Below, piece after piece: positions 1 through 10,304 of a stretch of DNA of 64,000 nucleotides (position 1 is its first letter; every line of letters starts with the position of its first letter). The position numbers and the translations under genes were made by a program. A model generated the notes under the pieces. The model saw only the letters and a list, made by a program, of their open reading frames with translations. It did no database searches and was not told the origin of the DNA. The stretch comes from a virus (Duplodnaviria; Caudoviricetes): the IMG/VR virus record IMGVR_UViG_3300042922_001473. One strand, written 5' to 3'.

Positions 1-275
1 TATTACTTCAAGTGCAGACATATTAGTAATTCTTTTAATAAATATATTTTTTGCTCTCTCTACTTTTTCAATTGGGAGTTCTAATTCCTCAGAAAGAGTG
101 CTATTCTCAGTATTAACAATCAATTCAATGAATAACAGTTTTATTTCTCTACCGTAATTTTCAAACTGTTGTAAGCGTCTTTCATAATCTATTTCTCCGT
201 AATAATCACTCATAATCACCTCATAAACTCTTATATTTAAGTTTTTCACAATATTTTACTATAACTTTCATTTAA

Positions 276-578
276 CTAATAGTATGGGTATGTATTAGCT
301 TTTATATTACGGAACATTATATATATTAAAGTTAATATTGTGATGCCCAAAAATATTAAAACATTTGGTGTAAAAATACCCATCATAATATCTGTCACAC
401 TACCTTCCCCATTTAAAATATTTACTGGTACAATTAGCAAAAGGTGAAATACAGAAGACATAGCAGGGCTGACAATTATTATATCTATTAATATTCTTAA
501 ATTCAAACAATCTGTAATTACTGTAATCATTATAAATATTAGCATAAAAAATATTGCTAATACAATCATCTCAAACAT
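276..578 (-). CDS. hypothetical membrane protein
   Basis: 100-aa hydrophobic ORF, AGGGGG RBS, follows the YqeY gene. Confidence 0.6.
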   Translation of the reverse strand: MFEMIVLAIFFMLIFIMITVITDCLNLRILIDIIIVSPAMSSVFHLLLIVPVNILNGEGSVTDIMMGIFTPNVLIFLGITILTLIYIMFRNIKANTYPYY

Positions 579-593
579 TGTTGTCCCCCTTAA

Positions 594-1040
594 TTATTTG
601 TTTTGTAATAGACCTTCAACACATTGATTAATTAATTTTCCATCTGCTTTACCCTTAACCTTTGGCATTAAAGCTTTCATTAATTTCCCTTTTTCATTTA
701 TACTTGCGATATTTAATTCTTCTATAGTAGCTTTAATAATACTTGTTATTTCATCTTCTGTAAGTTGTTCAGGTAAATATTCTTTAAGTATTTCAATTTC
801 AAGTTTTGCTTTTTGAAACAAATCAACTCTTCCTTGATTGCTATATAATACAAGACTATCTACTGTTCTTTTTTGCATTTTTAACAACATTTCTTCTATT
901 TTTGAATCTGTAAATTCGCCTTTAACTCTTTTTCCCTCAGTTTCAATTTCTCCTATTACAACCTGTAAAAATTCTTTTTTCTTAGTATCTTTATCTTTCA
1001 TTGCCTGAAACATATCCTTTTTTAATTTTTCTAATAACAT
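594..1040 (-). CDS. GatB/YqeY domain protein
   Basis: L++LK+DM+QAMK+KD N-terminus, YLPEQLTEDEI, GKLMK..MPKVKGKADG C-terminus typical of YqeY. Confidence 0.9.
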   Translation of the reverse strand: MLLEKLKKDMFQAMKDKDTKKKEFLQVVIGEIETEGKRVKGEFTDSKIEEMLLKMQKRTVDSLVLYSNQGRVDLFQKAKLEIEILKEYLPEQLTEDEITSIIKATIEELNIASINEKGKLMKALMPKVKGKADGKLINQCVEGLLQNK

Positions 1041-1069
1041 ACCTTTGTTCTCCCTTTTTATTTTTTTCT

Positions 1070-1396
1070 TTAATATTTATCACAATCTACAACAGTTTTA
1101 GTTTGTGAGATATTTATTTTAACTAATCTGAATTTGGTAACTTCAGCTACATCTCCTAATACTTTTGTCTTTGCTAACTCATTAAGCTTATTACACATAG
1201 TCCTGGCATATTCTTCATCATATATCCCATGTACTCCAATTTCCTGCCAACACTCTCCACATGCAGAATATTCTCCATGCTCATATTCTGGTAAATAATT
1301 TCTATCATGGCATAGTCTCCACCTATCCCATTTACTTTGATATTCTTCTATTTGATAAAATTCATAGTTGCCATCTTTTCTTAACATTCTTACCAT
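1070..1396 (-). CDS. hypothetical protein
   Basis: 108-aa ORF with GGAG RBS. Confidence 0.6.
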   Translation of the reverse strand: MVRMLRKDGNYEFYQIEEYQSKWDRWRLCHDRNYLPEYEHGEYSACGECWQEIGVHGIYDEEYARTMCNKLNELAKTKVLGDVAEVTKFRLVKINISQTKTVVDCDKY

Positions 1397-1410
1397 TATA
1401 CATATATCTC

Positions 1411-1818
1411 CTATTCAAAATCTTCTGGTATTTCACCATGTATTGATACTATTTCATTTTTTTCTTTATCCCATTTAAATAAGCGACTTTTCTCTTTAGA
1501 AATTCCTTTATTTTCTAATGTTTTAAAAAAATCTTTAGTAGTATCTTCTGTTATTGGATTATCAAATATAAATAAGCTTCCACAGCCTTCTTTATCTTCT
1601 ATATACATACTTCCAAATCCGTCATGTACTGTATGAACCCACTTAGGATTACCATCTTCAATTACCACATTACCACTTTTATCTCTTTCCAAACAATGTT
1701 TATCTGTTTTTCCACATACCGTACATGAAATATTTATTTCGCCTGTATGGTAATTGTAGTTATCATAAGTTAATTTTCCACATTGTTTACATTTTTCATA
1801 ATTTAATAAACTTCCCAT
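1411..1818 (-). CDS. hypothetical protein with N-terminal zinc ribbon
   Basis: CKQC...CTVC, AGGAG RBS. Confidence 0.65.
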   Translation of the reverse strand: MGSLLNYEKCKQCGKLTYDNYNYHTGEINISCTVCGKTDKHCLERDKSGNVVIEDGNPKWVHTVHDGFGSMYIEDKEGCGSLFIFDNPITEDTTKDFFKTLENKGISKEKSRLFKWDKEKNEIVSIHGEIPEDFE

Positions 1819-1935
1819 TTTGTTTCTCCTTAAAGTATTTATAGTTTTACACCATTTTTATTAACTCTTTTGATTATATTCATACTTTAGTGGTTTAATT
1901 ATTAAGTTCATTTATAAAGTATCTTCTATGCTACA

Positions 1936-2208
1936 TTAATGAATTATCAAAATTACAACTAAAATATAGAAAAGTAATAAAGAAGAAATTATTATAAAAA
2001 TAGGCAAAATTAAATACTTTAAAAAACATATCATAAATTTAAAAATATTAAGAACTTCACAATTTTGTATATTTGACATTACCTGTGGTTTTGTTAATAC
2101 CTCTTCACTAATTCCTGCAAATCCGTTATCAGCATAAAAGATAGATTTAATTAATTGCGTTTTATTACTGTTTTTATTCCATGCTCTGAATTTAATTTTT
2201 CTACTCAT
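1936..2208 (-). pseudogene. truncated YopX-family gene fused to element-end and flanking sequence
   Basis: MSRKIKFRAW is the YopX N-terminus; after about 33 codons the frame reads through the ISL3-type left end (EEVLTKPQVMSN) into unrelated sequence. Confidence 0.65.
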
Positions 2209-2252
2209 AATCTTTTTCCCTTCTTAAATACCATAACTAATATCGCTAACCT
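2067..2252. mobile_element. ISL3-derived mini-element E1 (186 bp) carrying a yopX 5' fragment
   Basis: left 42 bp match the E3 left end at 37/42; right end ATACCATAACTAATATCGCTAAC matches the E2 right end at 22/23; TSD degenerate. Confidence 0.65.
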
Positions 2253-2584
2253 TAAATTGTTGTATCAGTTAATAGATTAATCATATCTTTCTTGTAAATA
2301 TCTAAAAATTCCGAATAAGCTGTTTTGTATTCCTCTCCAAACTTCTCATACAAAAATTTTCGCCACTTAACATCAGCATAGGTTGAGCTAAAATCATACA
2401 TTATCTCATTTTTCACCGTTTCCCCAAATTTTATTGTAATATATAAATGTTCTTCTTTTTCGTCAAAATATTTACTTATGTGCATTGATGAAACATTTAT
2501 ATAAAAGAATTCATTTAAATCTTCTTTTTTTAGCCTTTCTATAAACATATATTTCTCCTCATTACTTAGAATTTTCTTCTTCAA
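2252..2584 (-). CDS. hypothetical protein
   Basis: 110-aa ORF overlapping the radA 3' end; start uncertain. Confidence 0.55.
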   Translation of the reverse strand: MKKKILSNEEKYMFIERLKKEDLNEFFYINVSSMHISKYFDEKEEHLYITIKFGETVKNEIMYDFSSTYADVKWRKFLYEKFGEEYKTAYSEFLDIYKKDMINLLTDTTI

Positions 2585-3974
2585 TTAGCTCTTTTTTGTT
2601 TCCGAACATTGAGACAATTACATCATTTAGAGTTTTAGCTTCAATAATTTTTATATCCGCATTTAATTTCTCTTTTAAATTCCCTTTTGGTATTACGACT
2701 GAAGCAAATCCCAATCGTGAAAGTTCTTTTACCCTACTTTCGCAATTTGGTATAATTTTAAGTTCTCCCGTAAGACCAACTTCACCTATAAATACTGTAT
2801 TATTTGGTATTGGTTTTTTATAATAACTTGATACCATTGACATAATTACACCAAGATTTACTGCTGGTTCACTAAGTTTTAAGCCACCCGTTACCATGAC
2901 GCTAACGTTTTTATCATAACAAGATAATCCACCTTTTTGACCTAATATCTCAACCAACATTTCTAACAAGTCTCTATTAATTCCAATTCCCCTTCTTGAA
3001 GGAAAACCGAAATATGATTTACTAATAAGACTTTCAATTTCTACTATAAAGTTTCTTGAACCTTCCCTTGTAACAGTTAATGCACTCCCTGAAATTGGAA
3101 TTTCTCTTTGAGTTGCGAAATATTGAGACGGATTATCAATTGGTTCAAGTCCCGTTGCTGTCATAATGAATAATGAAATTTCAGAGGTATCTCCGTACCT
3201 ATTTTTTGAACAGTATCCTTTTCTTAACTGTTCGCCCCTATCCCCTTCTAAATATATAACAGCATCAACAGCGTGTTCGAACACCATTTGACCAGCTAAC
3301 TGTTCGTTTTTATTTTGTTGTGCTATTATTAGAAAACTTCTTGGTCTATTCTTGTTTTTAGCAATTTCTACTATCTTATACGTAGATTCATTAACTTGGG
3401 TTGGACTTCCTGGTCTTGAATTAATTTCTTCAAGATACATTGTCTGAATAGAATCAATTACAATTAAATCTGGATTAATTTCATTAATATACTCTTCGAT
3501 TCTATTCATGCAGGTCTCAGAAATTATCCATAGATTATCATCAATATCTCCACATATCCTGTCAGCTCTACCTTTTATTTGAGTATCACTTTCTTCCCCT
3601 GATACGTATAACACTGTATGACCGCTACGACTAATATTGTTAACTATTTTAATAGCAATAGAGCTTTTCCCAGCTCCTGGCTGTGCTGTAAGTACATTAA
3701 CAGAATCTTTAACAATACCTCCCCCTAACATTCTATCAAACTCATTTATTCCTGTTTTTATTCTGTTAGTTTGACTAACCGATATTGTTTTTAACCTAAC
3801 TGGTTTAGTACCACTTGAAAGACCTTTTCTTCCTGCCATTGCAGTTGGAGCTTTACTTTCAATGTTTTCTTCCATTAATGTATTCCATTCATTACATTGA
3901 GGGCATTTACCCATCCACTTAATTTCTACATGACCACAATTACTACATCTATGTTGAGTTTTATTTTTTGCCAC
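2562..3974 (-). CDS. radA: DNA repair protein RadA/Sms
   Basis: C4 zinc finger, Walker A QPGAGKS, YVSGEES, VIDSIQT, KNRYG, Lon-like C-terminus; GTG start after GGAGG. Confidence 0.95.
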   Translation of the reverse strand: MAKNKTQHRCSNCGHVEIKWMGKCPQCNEWNTLMEENIESKAPTAMAGRKGLSSGTKPVRLKTISVSQTNRIKTGINEFDRMLGGGIVKDSVNVLTAQPGAGKSSIAIKIVNNISRSGHTVLYVSGEESDTQIKGRADRICGDIDDNLWIISETCMNRIEEYINEINPDLIVIDSIQTMYLEEINSRPGSPTQVNESTYKIVEIAKNKNRPRSFLIIAQQNKNEQLAGQMVFEHAVDAVIYLEGDRGEQLRKGYCSKNRYGDTSEISLFIMTATGLEPIDNPSQYFATQREIPISGSALTVTREGSRNFIVEIESLISKSYFGFPSRRGIGINRDLLEMLVEILGQKGGLSCYDKNVSVMVTGGLKLSEPAVNLGVIMSMVSSYYKKPIPNNTVFIGEVGLTGELKIIPNCESRVKELSRLGFASVVIPKGNLKEKLNADIKIIEAKTLNDVIVSMFGNKKELIEEENSK

Positions 3975-4154
3975 TATGTACCTCCAATTACTTATAAAAT
4001 TCATTAAAATATATTTCTTTATAAATATTATATCATATTAAATATAATTTGTAAATTGTAATTTACACATTTAAAATATTTGCACTTATTTAAATGTTTT
4101 AAAGAAAAAAATAAAAAAGACTAAATTTCTTTAGTCCTTTAAATTTCATGCTTA

Positions 4155-4325
4155 TTATCCAGCTAATAATCTATTAAAAATATATTTAATTAGACCACCT
4201 AATACTTCAAAAAATCCTTCTAATAATAATGCTCCTCTATAGCCATTATCATTAATAAAGAAATATCTTAATAACATTATTAAAGTAGAAATAACAAATA
4301 CTTTTACCCATAAACTTTTAAACAT
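4155..4325 (-). CDS. small membrane protein (56 aa)
   Basis: not in ORF track; AGGTGG RBS, hydrophobic, followed by a terminator hairpin. Confidence 0.5.
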   Translation of the reverse strand: MFKSLWVKVFVISTLIMLLRYFFINDNGYRGALLLEGFFEVLGGLIKYIFNRLLAG

Positions 4326-4344
4326 ATTTTACCACCTTTTAATA

Positions 4345-4977
4345 TTAAAATTTTGAAATATGCTTTGCTATTTCATAGCTATCTTGTGCAACAGTAAATA
4401 ATCCATTAATTGAAACATCAACAATGTAATCTTTTTTACTATTATTGTCATTGAAATTAAGTTTAATGAATCCATTTTCAGTTATTAAGTCAACAATAGT
4501 CCCAAACATTAATTCATTTTCTTCTAAATAATCAATAGCCTCTGCTGAGATTTCTAAACTTTCATATTTAGAAATTATTGCAAATTTACCTGGTATAAAT
4601 TCCTCTCTTTTTTGATTCATTTTATAATAATCCCAATCAAAAGTACCATCTTCTTTCATTCTTCCATATTTATAATATGGCGAACATTTTCTCATATATG
4701 CACTTTCAATTGTACCTCCAAGAACTGATTGTGAAAATCCATAGCAATTACAATTTACTGCATTGTCACAAGTAGGAGCTAATTCACAACTTCCACAACA
4801 CCTATCATCTTTATAGATTGAACATAATGGTTCGCCTTCTTTAGTTCTCCACTCTGGTAATTTATATCTATTTCTTGTTTCTGCACTATGACACGTAAGA
4901 ATGGTTTTTCGTCTTAAACCGTTTTTTTCATCATATCTATCTACAATCCTTCTTAAAGTATTAATAACAATTTTCAT
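4345..4977 (-). CDS. hypothetical Cys-rich protein
   Basis: C..CCGSC...C..CNC cluster, AGGAGG RBS. Confidence 0.65.
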   Translation of the reverse strand: MKIVINTLRRIVDRYDEKNGLRRKTILTCHSAETRNRYKLPEWRTKEGEPLCSIYKDDRCCGSCELAPTCDNAVNCNCYGFSQSVLGGTIESAYMRKCSPYYKYGRMKEDGTFDWDYYKMNQKREEFIPGKFAIISKYESLEISAEAIDYLEENELMFGTIVDLITENGFIKLNFNDNNSKKDYIVDVSINGLFTVAQDSYEIAKHISKF

Positions 4978-5256
4978 AATTGTCCTCCTATGTAATTTAA
5001 ATAAACTATTTTCCTATATTTTTATATAAACATATTTCATTATATTTTATTTATTATTCATATATAACACTTCTTATTTTCAAATATATATCACTGATAC
5101 AGTTCATATCGGTTAAAAAACAAAAAAATATCGGCATAAAAAGTTTAATAATAATATTGTAGGTAAAAAAATTAAATTTAATTTCTAAGTATATAATATA
5201 TAAAATATAAAAACAAGGCGTTATATTTTTTAATAAAATTAAAAGGAGTATTTATA

Positions 5257-5700
5257 ATGTCAGTATTAGAAAAAGGGTTTTTAAATAATGCTAAAGGAAT
5301 TAAGATAGATGATTGGGTTGACCAGTTCAAAACAATGAATTTAGATATGAAAAAGTTAAAAGAACATTACGAAAGTTTAAGCGAAGATAAAAAAACAGAG
5401 TGGATAGAAAAATCTATCAAAAAAAATGGTGGCGTAAGGGTTCAACTTGAAGATTGGAGCGATGATTATCCTAATGTTCATGCTTATGCAGATGTAGTTG
5501 GTACATATCCAATATCAAAAAAAAGTTTATTTAAAGGTGGACTTGAATACCCTAAATTAAACCAAAGTTTTAGATGTGCATTAAAATTTCCGTCTACCGA
5601 GGAAGCAAGAGACGCTTTTAATAAACTTGTAAACGGAGAAACAAACATTTTGGATTATGTGACGTATTTCGAGCAAGAGGAACTTGTAGACTGCCTGTAA
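5257..5700 (+). CDS. hypothetical protein
   Basis: AAGGAG RBS, terminator at about 5710-5738. Confidence 0.7.
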   Translation: MSVLEKGFLNNAKGIKIDDWVDQFKTMNLDMKKLKEHYESLSEDKKTEWIEKSIKKNGGVRVQLEDWSDDYPNVHAYADVVGTYPISKKSLFKGGLEYPKLNQSFRCALKFPSTEEARDAFNKLVNGETNILDYVTYFEQEELVDCL

Positions 5701-5900
5701 AACATATAGAACGCAACCAAAAGCGAGTTGCGTTTTTTAATATCACAAACTATTACGTATATATTTAATTCAATTTGGTGAAAATATCCTAATATTAATA
5801 TATGAACCAAAAACATATAATTCGATTTAGTATATTTATGAAATAAAATATGATGATATTAGGAGTGTATCATATGTTGATAAAAATTTCATAGTTTCAT

Positions 5901-5935
5901 AAAAAAGATACTGCAGGTTATGCAGTATCTTTTTT
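5901..5935. terminator. intrinsic terminator
   Basis: AAAAAGATACTGCA-ggtta-TGCAGTATCTTTTT hairpin at the end of the radical SAM gene. Confidence 0.7.
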
Positions 5936-6986
5936 ATATTGCTTGTTGTACATTTATATGGTCAAAATCTGTATTTATATAATACTCTATTTCTTCTCGA
6001 TTCCAACTTAAAGACAATTCGCTATTTACTAATATTTTTAGATTGTTAATTTTATTTTCCTTTTTTATTTTTTCTCTTGCCATGCCATGTTGATTATAAT
6101 TAAATATAATAGGTGTAGATAATAAAAGCATTGAGTATTCTACAAAACCAAGAGTTTCCTTATTTCGTATAATTGGATAACTTGAAAAATAATTTTCTAC
6201 TGTGTGCCACAGACAATCATAATCTTCATTAGACAAAACATGTTCTCTGTTAAACTCTGTAACTGCATTAATAGTACTAAATGTATCTGTTTTCAATAAA
6301 GGACTAAATTTTATACTATCGCAATAGTCTTTAATTTGATTATAGAAACACAAGATATCATTAAGATTATCATTATTACCTTTAAAACAATTGTTATTTA
6401 TTCTTATGGATACATTCCCTTCATCTGCTATTTTCTTAAATGTTTTCAAATGTTCTAAACTTAAATACGTATTACTTCCTGATACGTACTTCTGTTTATC
6501 TTCATCTAAAGACATAACAGAAATATTCATATGTGTAATACCTGATGACATTAATTTTTTACAATAATCCATGTCTTTGCTCATTCTGTGACCATTTGTA
6601 GTAATACAGATTTTATTTAAATTAAATTGTTTTAAATACTCTATTATCTCAAAAAGTCCATCATATATTGTTGGTTCACCCCCAACTAATAAAACCTCTT
6701 TTACCCCCATATGCTCTATAGCATACTTTATTTTTTGTTTATGCTTATTTATATTACATATTTCTTTTTTATGAACTAATTGTGAAATACAAAACTTACA
6801 TTGTGCATTACAGTAGTCATTAAGCACTATGTCAAGATAAGGGTATGTGCTTAGTAAAAATTTCTTGCCTTTATTATTAAATTCCTCATAATCTACTTTT
6901 CTACATATTTCATATTGGCTAAATTTTGCATTTTGTTTTTCATCAACCATTCTTGATAAATTAAATATTTTCATAATTTCCTCCAA
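5934..6986 (-). CDS. radical SAM protein (MoaA-like)
   Basis: CNAQCKFC (CxxxCxxC), GGEPT, ITTNG motifs. Confidence 0.9.
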   Translation of the reverse strand: MEEIMKIFNLSRMVDEKQNAKFSQYEICRKVDYEEFNNKGKKFLLSTYPYLDIVLNDYCNAQCKFCISQLVHKKEICNINKHKQKIKYAIEHMGVKEVLLVGGEPTIYDGLFEIIEYLKQFNLNKICITTNGHRMSKDMDYCKKLMSSGITHMNISVMSLDEDKQKYVSGSNTYLSLEHLKTFKKIADEGNVSIRINNNCFKGNNDNLNDILCFYNQIKDYCDSIKFSPLLKTDTFSTINAVTEFNREHVLSNEDYDCLWHTVENYFSSYPIIRNKETLGFVEYSMLLLSTPIIFNYNQHGMAREKIKKENKINNLKILVNSELSLSWNREEIEYYINTDFDHINVQQAI

Positions 6987-7119
6987 TAAACTAAATTAAA
7001 AATTTCCCTTAATTATATAAATATATAGTATTATATACGAGCAATCTCACATTTATTTTATTAAATAATATAGAGATTTGATTATTATTTTGTTATAATA
7101 GATTGAGAGGGGTGGTTTA

Positions 7120-7836
7120 TTGAAAAATTTATTTGACATGATAATTGACAACAAGCAAATTGAATTAAGAGACATAACTACAATTGATGATTATATAAAA
7201 ATTATTTGTAGCAATAATTTAAAATCTATTCAAGGCTATAATATAGTTAATAAATTTCCATTTAATGATGATTTCTCAAATATATATTATACATATTTAA
7301 TAAATTATTTTTCATTGTATAAAGAAGATATATGTAATTATATATTAAAGCAAAATCATTCTGAACAAATATTTGAATCCGAAATAGTAATGCCAGATAA
7401 TGAATCTTATATAAGATATTTATTTCCAGTAAAAAATGCGAAAGAGCTTATTTCTAAAAATAAAATACCTGCTAAAAAAATGTTAACGAGTGAACTTTAT
7501 GAATTTTCAAAAATTGCTGACATAACTAATAAAAAATCTAACAACAATAGTCCTGTTGTATTATTAGAATATCCATATGCTTATCCTGGATTTTTTGTAA
7601 TTGACGGTAATCATAGAGTTTATAAAGCAATATGTAATAATATTAAAGAATTAGAAGTTTATTTAATGCCTTCAAATGGGTTATACTTATTATCATTATC
7701 TCAGTTTTTTAACCTTTTGTATCAAGTTCATTCAAATTTAAGTGAAATAATGCTATATATGCGAGGATTTATTTCTATAAATACATTAAAAGCTAATTAT
7801 AATCAAATTTCTACAGAATCGTTTAAAGTGACATAG
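7120..7836 (+). CDS. ParB/sulfiredoxin-like domain protein
   Basis: PVVL...VIDGNHRVYKA motif. Confidence 0.55.
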   Translation: MKNLFDMIIDNKQIELRDITTIDDYIKIICSNNLKSIQGYNIVNKFPFNDDFSNIYYTYLINYFSLYKEDICNYILKQNHSEQIFESEIVMPDNESYIRYLFPVKNAKELISKNKIPAKKMLTSELYEFSKIADITNKKSNNNSPVVLLEYPYAYPGFFVIDGNHRVYKAICNNIKELEVYLMPSNGLYLLSLSQFFNLLYQVHSNLSEIMLYMRGFISINTLKANYNQISTESFKVT

Positions 7837-7960
7837 TGCCATAATACAACAACTTCTAATTTTGAAAAACAAAAATCACATTCAGATTGTTTACTTAGTG
7901 AATTATTTCGATATAGCAATCAAAAAAATACACCCACTTAAAAGGTGTATTTTTAAATTA

Positions 7961-8437
7961 TTATTCTACTTCTGCTTCAATATCTTCAAATTTTCCATCA
8001 AATTTTACATAAACAACTGGTGTAGGAACTTTATCTCCTTCAAGTCCTACTACTATATCCGCAACTGTTTCTCCGAAATATTTGCTAAGAACATTCATTG
8101 CTACTTCACTATCACTATTAAATGACTCAACTTCAATATCTAATTCTTCTTCATTATCGAAGTTTACCCAATACCCGTCATGTCCATCAAAATCAAATGT
8201 AAATATTTCACCAAATTTATCAGCGTGTATTGTATATAGCTCTTCAAAAGATATTGTCACAATGAAGTCTTTATCAAATGAAAAACGCTCACAATGGTCT
8301 GTCATAGAAGTAATTTCAAATTCATTGTTAAATTCTTCAGCACTAATAATTCTATCTCTATTTTCACTATCTTTGTCACTATTCCCTATGTGTACAGAAA
8401 CAGTCCCGTTAGCTAATGCAGAAGCCACTCCTGTCAT
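7961..8437 (-). CDS. acidic hypothetical protein
   Basis: 158 aa; an upstream 36-aa ORF (start 8544) overlaps it by ATGA, so this may be one frameshifted gene. Confidence 0.6.
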   Translation of the reverse strand: MTGVASALANGTVSVHIGNSDKDSENRDRIISAEEFNNEFEITSMTDHCERFSFDKDFIVTISFEELYTIHADKFGEIFTFDFDGHDGYWVNFDNEEELDIEVESFNSDSEVAMNVLSKYFGETVADIVVGLEGDKVPTPVVYVKFDGKFEDIEAEVE

Positions 8438-8884
8438 ATTGTAAGTTTTTCATTTACAAAAATCCAGTTATAACATTCATTTTTTTTCTTATTTTCTGTC
8501 ATTGCGAAAGTTTCAGCCTTTATTAAAATCTCATAATTGTTCATAATTTACCTGCCTTATTATTTTTTTAGTAAATAAAGTTAGTCAGATTTGAAATCCT
8601 TATTTATAAACTTTATTTATTTTATTTATATTTTCTTTAAACTATTACTTTCTTAATTCAATATATATAATAAGGAGATTAAAGCTAAATAATATTAAAA
8701 GCACAAGATTTGCTGTCTTGTGCTTTTAACTAATTATTTAATTCATACATTAATAATAATATAATATCCAATCATGACTTAATTGATTTACTAATTTTTA
8801 ATAATATCAGCTATTGTTAAATCTAATCTTCATCAATTACTTCTCTTTAGCAATTACTTTTATGGACTTTTCTTTTCCCTTTTT

Positions 8885-9121
8885 TTATATTATCTTAATT
8901 TCATCCTCTCCATATACAACACCTAATGTACTACCATTCTCCCAATTAATAAATATAGTACCGATATCATCAATGTGACTTACTATACCTTTTAATCCTG
9001 GTGGCATTTTTCGATAAGCATCTTCCATTTTAACTAATTCGACTTTTGTACCTTTGGGATATTTTGTTTTTAGCATATTTAAAATATTTTTTCTTTCCTT
9101 GTCCTTCATTAATAAATCCAT
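8885..9121 (-). CDS. DUF4314 family protein
   Basis: YPKGTKVELVKMED...G.V..IDDIGTI...WENGSTLGVVYGED. Confidence 0.85.
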   Translation of the reverse strand: MDLLMKDKERKNILNMLKTKYPKGTKVELVKMEDAYRKMPPGLKGIVSHIDDIGTIFINWENGSTLGVVYGEDEIKII

Positions 9122-9469
9122 ATTATCCTCCTATATATTTAATTCTATTCGAATTAACTTTTTTCTAAATTTCTTTATTATATGCAACTTCTAATCATAG
9201 CATAAATGTTATTTAAGTTATAGTAAAGAATTTTTCATATAGATAGAGTTTTTATATATGAATTTAAAAAAATAAAAAATAGACAGCATTTACTGTCTAT
9301 TACCCCTAATATTTAGCTTCACTACGTCACCAAAACTAATTAATATTTATCTTCCCTTTTTGTATTATAGGTTAGAAAAACATGTAATTCAACGTTTTTA
9401 TTGCTTTATTGCCCATTCGGTCTTTTTCATTGTTCGAGTGGTAAATTTATTTATTAGTATATTTTTTTA

Positions 9470-10042
9470 TTAGTTTGAACTGTATAATTTATACTCAAAA
9501 AGGTTTTCTATGCTTATATATTTTACTGTTCCATACTGAAACCATAACTTTACACATAAATAAAAGTCGATACTACTTCCAAATGAGTTTAGCAAAACTA
9601 TAATAAAAGATATTTGATTCAAACTATAGAATCTAATTCCTAATATAGTAAACAATAAATTAACTAAAATGTATGGGGCAATAAGTATTATTGTAATTTG
9701 ATTTTTAGAATATATTACTTCTCTATTAGATTGAAAAGTTATCAAAGCACCGTCTTTATATACAAATTTAATATTAGCTTTGCCATTCCCATATATGTTA
9801 AATAAATAAGCATGAATTGATTCATGGATTATTAAATGTATTATTAATAGAGTTATACACATAACAACATTAAATATTAATCTTTCAGGAATATACATAA
9901 GTCCCTTTAATGGTATTATTGTTATGTATCCTAAATAAGCAAGCAAAACAGGTATTATACTTAAAATTAATACCTGCTTTTTATTTATATCATCTTTTCC
10001 AATTGTTGTTACTTTTAGATTTTTAAAGTTGGAGTTTTTCAT
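9470..10042 (-). CDS. DUF3267 family membrane zinc metalloprotease
   Basis: TM helices, HESIH (HExxH), LIAP, N..GS..D. Confidence 0.75.
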   Translation of the reverse strand: MKNSNFKNLKVTTIGKDDINKKQVLILSIIPVLLAYLGYITIIPLKGLMYIPERLIFNVVMCITLLIIHLIIHESIHAYLFNIYGNGKANIKFVYKDGALITFQSNREVIYSKNQITIILIAPYILVNLLFTILGIRFYSLNQISFIIVLLNSFGSSIDFYLCVKLWFQYGTVKYISIENLFEYKLYSSN

Positions 10043-10304
10043 AAATTGTTTTTACCTTTCCATAGAAAAATATTATATCTTTTTATTGTATTCTAAACAA
10101 TAACAGTGCCCAATAAGTTGATGCGTTTTACAGAAGCGAAGCAGGAGGCTTTAAATTAAGCTATAATCCTTTGTTTTAATTCCACAGAAGAATCTCTTTA
10201 TCGTTTTTATTGGTGCGTAAAATACTACTTTCCTTGTCCCATTAAAACTTGTAATAGAATTTTATATATTAAATATATGGATAACTACTGTTGCGATTAT
10301 TATA

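Noticed and set aside
5934-6986. Viperin or RiPP maturase assignment for the radical SAM protein
   Set aside because: Only generic radical SAM motifs are visible; no SPASM cysteines, precursor peptide or clear viperin motifs.
10080-10235. Small peptide gene or IS200 remnant upstream of the DUF3267 protease
   Set aside because: All frames are interrupted and no signature is convincing.
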